A stretch of 30,434 nucleotides of DNA from the IMG/VR virus record IMGVR_UViG_3300017722_001674, positions 1-30,434 of that record, one strand, 5' to 3'. The stretch comes from a virus. Its lineage: Duplodnaviria > Caudoviricetes. This document shows, one piece after another, positions 1-8,843 of the stretch. Numbering within the stretch: the stretch's first letter is position 1; each line of letters opens with the position of its first letter. The translations under genes were made by a program, and so were the position numbers. Below the pieces are notes generated by a model. The model had not been told where the DNA came from. It was given only the letters and a program-made list of their open reading frames with translations, and did no database searches.

Positions 1-61
1 AGCGGGGCCGAGATTGTAGAGCGACCGGCGGTTCATAGCCTCCCCGTGAGAGATGTGAATA

Positions 62-778
62 ATGTTTCCCTTGATTGCCGGACTAGCAATGGCCGGAGCC
101 ACAATTTATTCAGGCTCTAAGGCTGCGTCCGCAGCTAAGTCAGCCGCTTCGACGCAGGCCGCGTCCGCACAGGCTGGGATTGACGAACAGCGCCGCCAGT
201 TTGATCTAACGCAAAAATTGCTTGGGCCATACGCGCAGGCGGGCGAGGGTGCGCTATCGGCACAACAGGCTCTAATCGGTTTGGCTGGTCCAGACGCTCA
301 AGCGGCGGCGATCAAACAGATCGAAATGAGTCCGCAATTTACGTCGATTGTCCAGCAGGGCGAAAACGCCATGTTGCAAAACGCTTCGGCAACGGGCGGG
401 CTTCGCGGCGGAAACACTCAGGCCGCGTTGGCTCAGTTTAGGCCTAACGTCTTGTCTGGTTTGATTCAGCAGCAGTACCAGAATTTGGGCGGGCTAACCT
501 CACTTGGGGCTAATGCGGCGGCTGGCGTTGGTAATGCTGGGATGCAAACGGGCGCGAACGTTTCTAATTTGATACAGCAGCAAGGCGCGGCGACCGCTGG
601 CGGGCAGATCGCGGCGGGGCAGTCATTCTTGCCTCAAGCACTAGCAAGGGGTTTTGGCGTATATACGGGATTTAATGGTGTTGGAGCGCCGCCTATTGGT
701 ACAATGACAGCGCCTGCGGCGGTTCCGCAGCCTTCATTTAACCCTGCGGCTTTTCCCGTTCCGCCTCTTAAAATTTAA
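62..778 (+). CDS. DNA transfer/ejection protein, P22 gp7-like
   Basis: Gly/Ala/Gln-rich with a hydrophobic N-terminus. Contains GIDEQRRQFD and QQGENAMLQNASATGGLRGGNTQAALAQ, typical of gp7-like proteins. First of three genes before the tailspike. Confidence 0.85.
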   Translation: MFPLIAGLAMAGATIYSGSKAASAAKSAASTQAASAQAGIDEQRRQFDLTQKLLGPYAQAGEGALSAQQALIGLAGPDAQAAAIKQIEMSPQFTSIVQQGENAMLQNASATGGLRGGNTQAALAQFRPNVLSGLIQQQYQNLGGLTSLGANAAAGVGNAGMQTGANVSNLIQQQGAATAGGQIAAGQSFLPQALARGFGVYTGFNGVGAPPIGTMTAPAAVPQPSFNPAAFPVPPLKI

Positions 779-787
779 GGGTTTATT

Positions 788-2185
788 ATGGTCCAGCCTA
801 TTGATTACACCGTACCTATGGAGGATCCGCTAGCCGCTTTCCAATCGGCGGCTAACATCGGCATGGGGATTCGCCAGAACCAACAAACCCTAGAAGCCAA
901 CCGACTGAAGCTGGAGGCTGAAAAGGTCGCGCAGGCTCGCCAGGCTGAAGTGCAGGCGGCTTTGGGCAGGCTGTCTAGCCCAGACGCCACGGCTGAAGAC
1001 TACGCAAACGTCTCATTGTTGCTTCCCAAGGATCAGGCCGAATCGGTTCGGGCGGCGTTTACCATGCGGGATGATGCAACGAACAAGGCATCCTTGCGCG
1101 ACGCTTCACAAATCTTTACCGCCTTTAAATCTGGCCAGCCTGAAATGGGCATTAAGCTAATGTCCGATAAGGTCGCTGCCTTGCGGAATAGCGGCAAGGA
1201 ACAAGAGGCCGCGATTTTAGAGGCTCAAATTGAGGTCGCCAAAGAAAACCCAAAGGCCACGGAGGATTTCTTCGGGTTTACAATTTCGCAAATGCCGGGT
1301 GGTAAAGAGGTTCTGACGTCTGCTATTGATTACGCTATATCAAAGCCAAAGCTTCAAACGGCTGAATCAGAAGCCACCATTAAGGGCGTTGAAGCACAGT
1401 ATGCCCCTGCAAAGGCCATTGCGGATCTTGCCCAGTCCGAAGCTAACATTAAAAACATAAATGATCAGATCCGCGACCGTTCGCGCCGGTTCGGTTTGGA
1501 CAGTCAAAAATTTCAGTCTGAAGTCGCAGACCGTGCTCGCAACTATCAACTGAATTACGCAAAGACATTTGGCTATATGGCAAAATTGCCAGAGGCCACG
1601 CAAAAACTTGTTAATGACAAGACGATTGCGGCTGTCGGCAAGGAAACTCTGGGCCAAAGCTATCTGGACCTTGCGGGCCGAATTGAAAAAAGCAATCTGA
1701 CTGGCGGCATTTTTTCTAGTGCCGCGCAAACCCTAAAGGGCCTTGGCGGTAGTCCAGATCAATTGCGCCTTGAATTTGCACGGATCAAAAACTCTGGCGT
1801 TTTGGCTAGCCTGCCGCCTGGTCCAGCAACGGATAAAGACGTTTTGTTGGCGTCTCGCGGATTTCCAAAAGACAACGCGAATAAAACAGAAATTGCGTCG
1901 TTCCTTCGCGGCATGGCAAAACTGCAAATGGTGCAAGCGGCTGGCGACACGGCGCAGGCCGAATGGATTAGCTCTAATCGAGATCTGGGCAAGGCTAAGG
2001 GTCCGCTTGTTATTGCGGGCCAAACCGTCAAGCCTGGCACATCGTTTGTTGACTTCAATAAAAGGTTTGTTGCCGACGCTGCAAAGAAGGCCACGGCTAC
2101 AACCGCACCGCCGCCACCTGTCGCTAAGGCCGCACCTGTTGCCGCCGGAGACGCTGCCTTGCTTGCAAAATATGGTGTTAAGTAA
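788..2185 (+). CDS. Ejection/internal virion protein (P22 gp20-like position)
   Basis: 465 aa, helical and Ala/Gln/Lys-rich, starting MVQPIDY. Lies between the gp7-like gene and a larger ejection gene. Call rests mainly on synteny. Confidence 0.6.
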   Translation: MVQPIDYTVPMEDPLAAFQSAANIGMGIRQNQQTLEANRLKLEAEKVAQARQAEVQAALGRLSSPDATAEDYANVSLLLPKDQAESVRAAFTMRDDATNKASLRDASQIFTAFKSGQPEMGIKLMSDKVAALRNSGKEQEAAILEAQIEVAKENPKATEDFFGFTISQMPGGKEVLTSAIDYAISKPKLQTAESEATIKGVEAQYAPAKAIADLAQSEANIKNINDQIRDRSRRFGLDSQKFQSEVADRARNYQLNYAKTFGYMAKLPEATQKLVNDKTIAAVGKETLGQSYLDLAGRIEKSNLTGGIFSSAAQTLKGLGGSPDQLRLEFARIKNSGVLASLPPGPATDKDVLLASRGFPKDNANKTEIASFLRGMAKLQMVQAAGDTAQAEWISSNRDLGKAKGPLVIAGQTVKPGTSFVDFNKRFVADAAKKATATTAPPPPVAKAAPVAAGDAALLAKYGVK

Positions 2186-4176
2186 TGGCATCTTCCGCCC
2201 AAATCATGCAGGCGTTGAAGGCCGCTGATGCTGCCGGAAACACTAAAGACGCTCAAAGATTAGCCCAGATGTACAAGGCGGCGCGTGATGCTGAGGCTGG
2301 ACCCGCCACGATCACCGAAGACCTAGTTTCCGGCTTCCAAGCGCCATTTAAGAAACTGGCCGAAACCGTGTCGGCTGACTATAAGCGCCGCAGCACGGCA
2401 ACGGCACCCAAGAGCCTTGGCGAATTTGTTAAGGGTAGCATCCAAGACATTACCGGCACGGCTCAGGTTCTCGGCGGCATTGGCGAGGTATTAACCGCAC
2501 CGATACAGGCTGGAACGCGGGCCATCGCTGGTCAGGTCGCGCAATTGCCATTGCAGGCTTACAGTCCGGCCACGGCAAGCATTGGAAAAACTGGCGTCCA
2601 GTTTAACGCGCCGGTTCCGCTGAATTACGAACAGACCAAGGCTCAGACCGAGACCGGTTTGTTAACCGCGCTCAGTGCCGGTATGCCTGGAGCTGGACAA
2701 ATCGCTAGGGTCGCCCAAACTGCCTCTATAGGCGCGTCACCGCAGGCTAGGGCGGCTTTGTCTGGAATGGCAAGGCGTCCAGTCCCGCGCACGGCTGCGC
2801 CTGTTGTAGCCGCTCCTGAGACCGCACCTATTGTCACCGCCGCACCCGAAGCAGGCCGCGTCTTCCAGGCTGGAGAGCGTTTTGGCGCTAAGGGATCGGT
2901 CGGCGCTGCATCGCTTGAAGAAACCGCGATCCGCGAGCAACGGGCGGCTGAATTGCCGATCCCGATTGAACTGGCGCAGTTTCAGAAATCCCGTAGTTTT
3001 GCTGATCAGCAGCGGGCGCGGGAACTGGCAAAAAACAGCGAAGTCGGCGGTCCTATTCGCGACAAACTGGCCGAGCAACAAGATATCTTGCGCCAGAATT
3101 TCGAGAATTTCGTTGATGGCACCGGGTCAAACGTGTGGGTCGATCCGTATGCAAAGGGCGTGATCCTTGACGAGGCTCTGAGCAAATTAGCGAAGACGGA
3201 AAAGACGCGGATTAAGTCGCTATATACCAAGGCTGGCGAGGCTGGAGAACTGCGCGAACCCGTGCCTTATGCGTCTGTATTGGAATTCATTGACGGCCAA
3301 ACACCCACGACACGCGACACGCTCGCGCCTATCCTATCGGCGGTTAAAGAGGAATTGCTACAGAACGATCCGACCGGTTCTGGCGTTATTTCGCTTGGTG
3401 CGCTTGAAGACGTCCGTAAGGCAATCAATCAAAAGGTCCAGTTTGGAACGCCTAACGCCAATTATGGCGGCGATCTAAAGCGAATCATTGATGAGGCCAC
3501 GGCTAACGCGGGCGGCGACGTTTACAAACAGGCACGAGCGGCGCGGGTAAAATACCGCGAGGATTTCGAAGATATTGGATTGGTGCGCGAGATTATCGGC
3601 ACCAAGAAAAATTCGGCTGATCGGGTCGTCGCTTATGAAAATTTGGTCAATCGGATTATTTCGCCAGGCACCCCGTTTGACAGCCTGAAGCACGTTAAAG
3701 ACTTGATGTATCGGGCCGGTCCAGATGGTGAGCAGGCTTGGCGCGAATTGCAGGGCGCGACCTATGAGCATCTGCGCGATCAGGCTTACAAGGGCATCAC
3801 ACGCGACGAAGCAGGCGGCGTAGTTATTTCCCCCGCTGCGTTGAACACCGCGATCAGGAACTTAGAATCCGGCGGCAAGATGGACCTGATCCTTGGCAAG
3901 CAGGGCGCAGAACTCATGCGAACCGTCAATGCCTTGGCTCAAGATCTGTTTACGGCACCGCCTGGCGCAATCAATGCGTCTGGCACTTCCAGTGCTCTTC
4001 TAAATGCCTTAGATAAAATGGGCATGATGGCTCTATCCAAGGCCCCCGTTGTCGGTCCCGTTGTCGGAACAATTCGATCCGCACTGGACAAGGAACTAAC
4101 CAAGCTCGAAGTCCAAAAACTAATCAGAACAGATCGTCCAGCGCAACCGTCGCTAACGCAGGAACCGCCCCAATGA
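2185..4176 (+). CDS. Large ejection/internal virion protein (P22 gp16-like position)
   Basis: 663 aa helical protein, coupled to the upstream gene by TAATG and to the tailspike by ATGA. Call rests mainly on synteny. Confidence 0.6.
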   Translation: MASSAQIMQALKAADAAGNTKDAQRLAQMYKAARDAEAGPATITEDLVSGFQAPFKKLAETVSADYKRRSTATAPKSLGEFVKGSIQDITGTAQVLGGIGEVLTAPIQAGTRAIAGQVAQLPLQAYSPATASIGKTGVQFNAPVPLNYEQTKAQTETGLLTALSAGMPGAGQIARVAQTASIGASPQARAALSGMARRPVPRTAAPVVAAPETAPIVTAAPEAGRVFQAGERFGAKGSVGAASLEETAIREQRAAELPIPIELAQFQKSRSFADQQRARELAKNSEVGGPIRDKLAEQQDILRQNFENFVDGTGSNVWVDPYAKGVILDEALSKLAKTEKTRIKSLYTKAGEAGELREPVPYASVLEFIDGQTPTTRDTLAPILSAVKEELLQNDPTGSGVISLGALEDVRKAINQKVQFGTPNANYGGDLKRIIDEATANAGGDVYKQARAARVKYREDFEDIGLVREIIGTKKNSADRVVAYENLVNRIISPGTPFDSLKHVKDLMYRAGPDGEQAWRELQGATYEHLRDQAYKGITRDEAGGVVISPAALNTAIRNLESGGKMDLILGKQGAELMRTVNALAQDLFTAPPGAINASGTSSALLNALDKMGMMALSKAPVVGPVVGTIRSALDKELTKLEVQKLIRTDRPAQPSLTQEPPQ

Positions 4177-6053
4177 CCGCTATCGCCTCGCCATATTCCT
4201 ATTTCACCGACCGCGACGGGTCGCCGCTAGAGGGTGGCTATCTGTATTTCGGCACGGTCAATTTGCCGCCTGAGACAAACCCTATCCAGGTCTATTGGGA
4301 CACGGCGCTGACGATCCCTGCGGCCCAGCCGATCCGAACGCGCAACGGTTATCCCTACCGCGACGGAACGCCATCTAAGATCTTTGCGGCGGCTGATTAT
4401 TCGATCACGGTCAAGAACAGCAAACAGATTACGGTTTTTACAAACCTCGCGGCTGAGACGATCAATTCAACGGCTCTGACGCAACTGGCGAGCACGACCG
4501 ACAACGCGCTAGGTGACGCGCTAGTGGGTTTCAAGCAGTCTAACGCCAGTGGGTTTATAGGCGGCGCGGTTGCTCGAACCGTTAATCAGAAACTGGCCGA
4601 TCAGGTGACGGTGGAAGACTTCGGCGCGGTCGGTGACGGCGTGACGAATGATAACGCTGCGTTTGTGGCAATGCTGGCCGCGACGGGCGGAACGATTCGG
4701 ATGCTCCATAAGGAGTACAAGGTCAATCAGCTAAACATCACCGGATATGCCCAGGTCACGATTATTGGCGAGGCAATGCCACAGCCAAACGCATCGTTGA
4801 CTAAGCTAGCAAACGGAACCGTATTTATCGGCGGACTTTACGTCGAGGCGAATAACGTCCACGTTGAAAACTTTGGTTTGGACTTCGGCACTGCGCGAAC
4901 TGTGACGGCAACGGATGGCATCGTTCTGAATGCCAAGCCGGGTGAAGCGGGCAACATCGCTTACGTTAGCTCTGTTTCTAGCATGGGGCGCGGTGGTGTG
5001 GAATTGACCCACGGCGTTCTAGTGCAAGGTTATAACTACGGCACCGTCCAAGATATCTTTTCGGCTAATCATGGCTACGGCGTTGTCGTCAAGGGCCGTA
5101 ATACGGTCGTTGACACGATTCACGTTCGAAACATCATTCAATCGGGCGTGTTTCTGAAGGGCGACACGGGCGTATTTGCGGGCGGTGTCGGTGACGGATC
5201 TGTCGTTCGCATAACGTGCAGCAACGTGATTGTGGACCTCCCCTCGTCCAATATCGTCGCAACTGGCGTTTGGATTCAATCGCCAACGGCTGCGGCAACT
5301 CAGGTGCTGGTCAGCAACGTCCACCAACTATACGGCAAGACGCCTGTTTTTGTGTCTAGCGCGGGTAGTTTGGCCGGTCCAGCGTTTGCAAACGTCGTCG
5401 GCGTCAACAACATTATGAGCGAATCGGCTCAGTACGGATTTGTGATTGGCGGGATTACGAACAACATCCAGTTAAACAATATGACTACAGTCAATCCGTT
5501 GACCGGCACGGCAATTTATATGGACACAAACACGTTTAACTACGTGTTTAATAACATAAATATTTTTGTTAATAATGTTGCCATCACGTCTGATACTTGC
5601 ATGACGCTTTATGGAACCGGATCTTTTAACAATATCACGGTTACAAACGGCTTTAGGCAAATGAAAATTGCTGTTAGCAGTCCAAACCTATCATTCATTA
5701 AAACTGGCATTATTTCTGGCGATTGTTTTATTGAGAACGAAGGTTCCCTCGCCGCTTACGCCATCAACGGCGCTGTTGCTGATGCGGTTGATCCGCCAAG
5801 GGTTAAAATTCTGCCGGGCAGTGCGGTGAAACTGTTTGGCAAATTTAACCTTATAGGGTCGTCTAATAAATTCTTCGCAAACATCTATCCTTTTTCTGGG
5901 CGTGATGGACTGTACGCCTGCGCGGGCATCGACTCGACCAACGCAGTCGTGACTATCGCGGTTCGGTTTAATGATTTTCAATTATCGGTGGAGCCTACCT
6001 TGCCAGCGGGGTTCAAATCAGTAGACTTGTCCAGCATCCTGTTTACACGCTAA
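4173..6053 (+). CDS. Tailspike: N-terminal head-binding domain plus right-handed beta-helix (pectate-lyase-like) receptor-binding domain
   Basis: N-terminal PYSYFTDRDGSPLEGGYLYFG..NPIQVYWD..AQPIRT resembles P22-type virion-binding domains. VEDFGAVGDGVTNDNAAF is a typical beta-helix entry motif. The rest is N/V/I/G-rich. Confidence 0.85.
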   Translation: MTAIASPYSYFTDRDGSPLEGGYLYFGTVNLPPETNPIQVYWDTALTIPAAQPIRTRNGYPYRDGTPSKIFAAADYSITVKNSKQITVFTNLAAETINSTALTQLASTTDNALGDALVGFKQSNASGFIGGAVARTVNQKLADQVTVEDFGAVGDGVTNDNAAFVAMLAATGGTIRMLHKEYKVNQLNITGYAQVTIIGEAMPQPNASLTKLANGTVFIGGLYVEANNVHVENFGLDFGTARTVTATDGIVLNAKPGEAGNIAYVSSVSSMGRGGVELTHGVLVQGYNYGTVQDIFSANHGYGVVVKGRNTVVDTIHVRNIIQSGVFLKGDTGVFAGGVGDGSVVRITCSNVIVDLPSSNIVATGVWIQSPTAAATQVLVSNVHQLYGKTPVFVSSAGSLAGPAFANVVGVNNIMSESAQYGFVIGGITNNIQLNNMTTVNPLTGTAIYMDTNTFNYVFNNINIFVNNVAITSDTCMTLYGTGSFNNITVTNGFRQMKIAVSSPNLSFIKTGIISGDCFIENEGSLAAYAINGAVADAVDPPRVKILPGSAVKLFGKFNLIGSSNKFFANIYPFSGRDGLYACAGIDSTNAVVTIAVRFNDFQLSVEPTLPAGFKSVDLSSILFTR

Positions 6054-6061
6054 GGTGATTT

Positions 6062-6295
6062 ATGGAAACGCAAGCACTTATCAATTTTGGTTTCGTCTTG
6101 GTCTCTGGCGTTCTGGGCTGGTTCGCTAGAGAGATGTGGTCGGCGGTTAAGGAATTGAAAGCCGACCTTGCAAAGCTACGCGAGGAACTGCCGACGAAAT
6201 ATGTCACAAAAGATGACTTTAAGCATGATATGCAGCGCGTATTAGACATGCTCGACAAAATCTGGACGAAGCTCGACGGTAAAGCTGACAAGTAG
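6062..6295 (+). CDS. Small membrane-anchored coiled-coil protein (holin-like or lysis-associated)
   Basis: One N-terminal TM helix (LINFGFVLVSGVLGWFA), a coiled-coil, and a C-terminal KLDGKADK. RBS AAGGTG. First gene of the lysis region. Confidence 0.6.
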   Translation: METQALINFGFVLVSGVLGWFAREMWSAVKELKADLAKLREELPTKYVTKDDFKHDMQRVLDMLDKIWTKLDGKADK

Positions 6296-6304
6296 GGAGG
6301 CCGC

Positions 6305-7504
6305 ATGGCCGGACCAATCGGATATATCGACGAGGCTTTGCTTGCCTATGCGAGCGAGCGCCAGAGGCAATATATAGAGGCCATCAACACCTACGGATCA
6401 GCACGGGCGGCGGCGACGGCGTTGGGTGTTGGTAAAACGGCGATCACTAACGCGCTGATGACTCTAAAGTTAAAAGCGGCGGTTGCCGGATACGCGCCGG
6501 ATGCAGACCTAACCCGACCTGTCGCGCCAGGTTTCGCTGTTAAGCGGGCGTCCACCTATTACAACAAAGACGGTAAACCTTCGGGCCAGTGGCTGATACA
6601 GGAACCGACCGCGCAAGCCAAACAGGCCGAAATGGACGCTCGCGTTCTGGGTATGCGCGACGAGATGATTTCAGCGATCCCGATCCCGTACAGCGGATAT
6701 TCAGACGGCGATTTGCTCACGGTATATCCCCAAGGCGATCCCCACGCTGGTTTATATTCGTGGGAGGCCGAAACCGGCTCACGTTTCGATCTGGCGGAAT
6801 TCGAGCGGATTACCTGTTCTGCTATAGACCGGCTGGTCGATGCGGCTCCAGCCTCATCCCTCGCGCTCTATAACGACGAGGGCGACAGTACACACGCTGA
6901 CAACAACAAAAACCGGACGCCATCGTCTGGGCATTACCTTGACGTAGTGGGCCGTCACTCTGAGGTGATCCGGGTCGTGATGCGGTGCAAGCGCCACCAC
7001 ATCCGCCGGATGCTGGAGAAACACGCCAAGGTGATCGTGCGGATTGATCCGGGAAACCACGATCCTGAAACGGCGTTGATGATCGCGCTTATGATGGAGG
7101 CGCACTACGAATCCGAACCACGGGTCGAGGTTATCACTAGCCCTAACCCGTATTGGTATTATCTATTTGGCAAGAATTTAATCGGCACCTGTCACGGCGA
7201 CGGGGCCAAGGGCAAGGATCTGCCATTGATTATGGCGAACGATGCAGCCGATTGGTGGGCCGCTGATCAGCATCGCACTTGGATCGTGGGCCACGTCCAC
7301 CACCGCGACGTCAAAGAATATACCGGCTGCACGGTCGAATATATGCGGACGCTCGCGGCGTCTGACGCATGGCACCACGGTTCGGGATACCGCGCGAAGC
7401 GTGATATGCAGGCGATCACATACCACAAGATCGACGGCGAAGTGGAGCGGGCCACATGCAGCCTCGCACGAATTGATCGGATGGCAACGGAGATGGCAGA
7501 ATGA
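6305..7504 (+). CDS. N-terminal HTH plus calcineurin-like metallophosphoesterase
   Basis: All five metallophosphoesterase motifs occur in order: GDPH, GDSTH, GNHD, HGD, GHVHH. N-terminal GSARAAATALGVGKTAITNAL is HTH-like. RBS GGGAGG. Confidence 0.85.
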   Translation: MAGPIGYIDEALLAYASERQRQYIEAINTYGSARAAATALGVGKTAITNALMTLKLKAAVAGYAPDADLTRPVAPGFAVKRASTYYNKDGKPSGQWLIQEPTAQAKQAEMDARVLGMRDEMISAIPIPYSGYSDGDLLTVYPQGDPHAGLYSWEAETGSRFDLAEFERITCSAIDRLVDAAPASSLALYNDEGDSTHADNNKNRTPSSGHYLDVVGRHSEVIRVVMRCKRHHIRRMLEKHAKVIVRIDPGNHDPETALMIALMMEAHYESEPRVEVITSPNPYWYYLFGKNLIGTCHGDGAKGKDLPLIMANDAADWWAADQHRTWIVGHVHHRDVKEYTGCTVEYMRTLAASDAWHHGSGYRAKRDMQAITYHKIDGEVERATCSLARIDRMATEMAE

Positions 7505-7920
7505 ACGAAGCGAAGCTGATTGCGGAATTTGTCAAGGATGAGGGCTTGCGCCTGAAGCCTTACAAATGCACCGCAGGAAAAACTACAATTGGCGTTGGCC
7601 GAAATCTTGATGACGTCGGGATCTCGAAGGACGAAGCCTACACATTGCTCGCCTCTGATATCGCCAGAGTGAAAAAAGAATGTATGCGGCAGCCTTGGTG
7701 GTTAGCCGTCGATGACGACGACGTTCGATCCCGCGTGATGCTAAATATGTGTTTCAACCTTGGAATCCGCCGCCTCTCTGGATTTAAGAACACGCTTGAC
7801 GCGGTGGGTGATCAGCGTTGGAAAGACGCAGCGGCTGGTATGCGAGCGAGCATGTGGGCAAAACAGGTCGGCGGTCGTGCCGAGCGTTTGGCGAAGATGA
7901 TGGAGTCGGGCGATGATTAA
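7501..7920 (+). CDS. Endolysin, T4-lysozyme-like muramidase (GH24)
   Basis: DEGLRLKPYKCTAGKTTIGVGRNL gives the catalytic E-8aa-D/C-5aa-T pattern. Also NMCFNLG and WAKQVGGRAERL. Confidence 0.92.
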   Translation: MNEAKLIAEFVKDEGLRLKPYKCTAGKTTIGVGRNLDDVGISKDEAYTLLASDIARVKKECMRQPWWLAVDDDDVRSRVMLNMCFNLGIRRLSGFKNTLDAVGDQRWKDAAAGMRASMWAKQVGGRAERLAKMMESGDD

Positions 7921-8071
7921 ATATATTCGTGACCGTTTGAATGAGCGTTCGACCTGGATGCTGATCAGTGGCGGAATTGTCACGGCGGCGGCGCTTGAGG
8001 TGCCGTGGTCGTATATGGCTGCGCTGGTCGGCGTTATTGCTGCGTTAGTGCCAGATGGCAGCGTATCATGA
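7913..8071 (+). CDS. Holin (52 aa, two TM segments); not in ORF track
   Basis: Hand translation MIKYIRDRLNERSTWMLISGGIVTAAALEVPWSYMAALVGVIAALVPDGSVS. Has an RLxExSTW motif. Overlaps the endolysin stop and has an ATGA overlap with the spanin gene. Confidence 0.75.
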   Translation: MIKYIRDRLNERSTWMLISGGIVTAAALEVPWSYMAALVGVIAALVPDGSVS

Positions 8072-8436
8072 TTCCGCTGCCATATATCCTAGGGCCGCTG
8101 GTCGCCGTTTTCGTGCTGGGCTGTTTTAACGGCTACGCGATTCGCGACGGTTCCGCGAAGGCCGCAGCGGTTAAGGCGTATAAGGCCCAGATTGCCGTAC
8201 AGGAGCGATTGAACAATGTATCGACACTATATGAAGCCGAGCGCGAACGGGCGTCACGGGTCAACACAGAGCGGACAAACACGGTGCGGGAAATTTACCG
8301 CGATGTTACCGTTCCTGCTGAGTGCGCTCTGCCTGACGTCAGTTACGGGCTGCTCGTCGATTCCGTCCGCGATTATAATGCCGCCGCCGAATCTGGCGAC
8401 GTCGTGTCCGCCGCTGCCGGAACCGGCAAGGATTGA
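8068..8436 (+). CDS. Rz: Inner-membrane spanin (Rz-like)
   Basis: Start moved to the ATG at 8068 (MIPLPYILGPLVAVFVLG). N-terminal TM, periplasmic coiled-coil and a late Cys. Follows the endolysin and holin. Confidence 0.75.
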   Translation: MIPLPYILGPLVAVFVLGCFNGYAIRDGSAKAAAVKAYKAQIAVQERLNNVSTLYEAERERASRVNTERTNTVREIYRDVTVPAECALPDVSYGLLVDSVRDYNAAAESGDVVSAAAGTGKD

Positions 8437-8554
8437 TCCCGAAAGGCTGATATGGGAGCTTTCGATTGTGAGCGCCTATAATGACTGCGCGACACGCCAC
8501 CGGCTGACGGTTGAGGCTTGGAAATCGCTAGACACAAAACGCCAGAAGCGGTAA
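8303..8554 (+). CDS. Rz1: Outer-membrane lipoprotein spanin (Rz1-like), overlapping Rz in the +1 frame
   Basis: MLPFLLSALCLTSVTG-C lipobox and a Pro-rich mature part (PPPNLATSCPPLPEP..YNDCATRH). Confidence 0.78.
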   Translation: MLPFLLSALCLTSVTGCSSIPSAIIMPPPNLATSCPPLPEPARIDPERLIWELSIVSAYNDCATRHRLTVEAWKSLDTKRQKR

Positions 8555-8557
8555 GCC
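8529..8557 (+). promoter_or_regulatory. Putative sigma70-type promoter for the downstream non-coding RNA
   Basis: TAGACA-N17-TAAGCC overlapping the end of Rz1. The -10 match is weak. Confidence 0.35.
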
Positions 8558-8563
8558 ATGTGT

Positions 8564-8726
8564 AACGGGCCGCGTTCTTTTTCCCAGTGCATAGCGTAAA
8601 GCAGGGATCGAAACCGGGCTGGGTGCGTAAGTTAAGCAGTGGCGGCCAAAGACATATGGTTCACTGTAACCTGGCTCAATACGCTAAAAATTAAGCCCTC
8701 GACGCGCGATCCGTCGAGGGCTTTTT
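8564..8726 (+). ncRNA. Candidate structured small RNA (~160 nt)
   Basis: No ORF. Nested helices GGCCGC/GCGGCC and CCCAG/CTGGG, two TGC/GCA hairpins, and a 7-bp loop-distal complementarity TAGCGTA/TACGCTA. Ends in an intrinsic terminator. Confidence 0.4.
8693..8726 (+). terminator. Rho-independent terminator (late/lysis transcript and candidate ncRNA)
   Basis: AAGCCCTCGACG-cgcgatc-CGTCGAGGGCTT forms a 12-bp stem followed by a T run. Confidence 0.85.
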
Positions 8727-8769
8727 ACTGACCACAAGCGGATGAAACAGAGCCATTCTTGAGGTTTAC

Positions 8770-8808
8770 AAAAAAACCCCGTCGCGGATCAAATCAACGC
8801 GACGGGGC
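8770..8808 (-). terminator. Rho-independent terminator of the leftward operon and candidate sRNA
   Basis: On the minus strand, CCCCGTCGCG-loop-CGCGACGGGG followed by T7. Confidence 0.88.
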
Positions 8809-8839
8809 TAGGTAGTACGGGCCGGGAGGGAACCCGCCC
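8770..8839 (-). ncRNA. Candidate ~70-nt sRNA with an anti-Shine-Dalgarno CCCUCCC hairpin
   Basis: A GGGCGGG-UUCCCU-CCCGGCCC hairpin begins a few nt after a predicted -10 box and is followed by a short linker and the terminator. Confidence 0.45.
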
Positions 8840-8843
8840 TTAG

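Noticed and set aside
8564-8760. Known self-cleaving ribozyme (HDV-like, hammerhead, twister, pistol) or tRNA
   Set aside because: I could not find the required core motifs or topology by eye, and there is no cloverleaf or T-loop.
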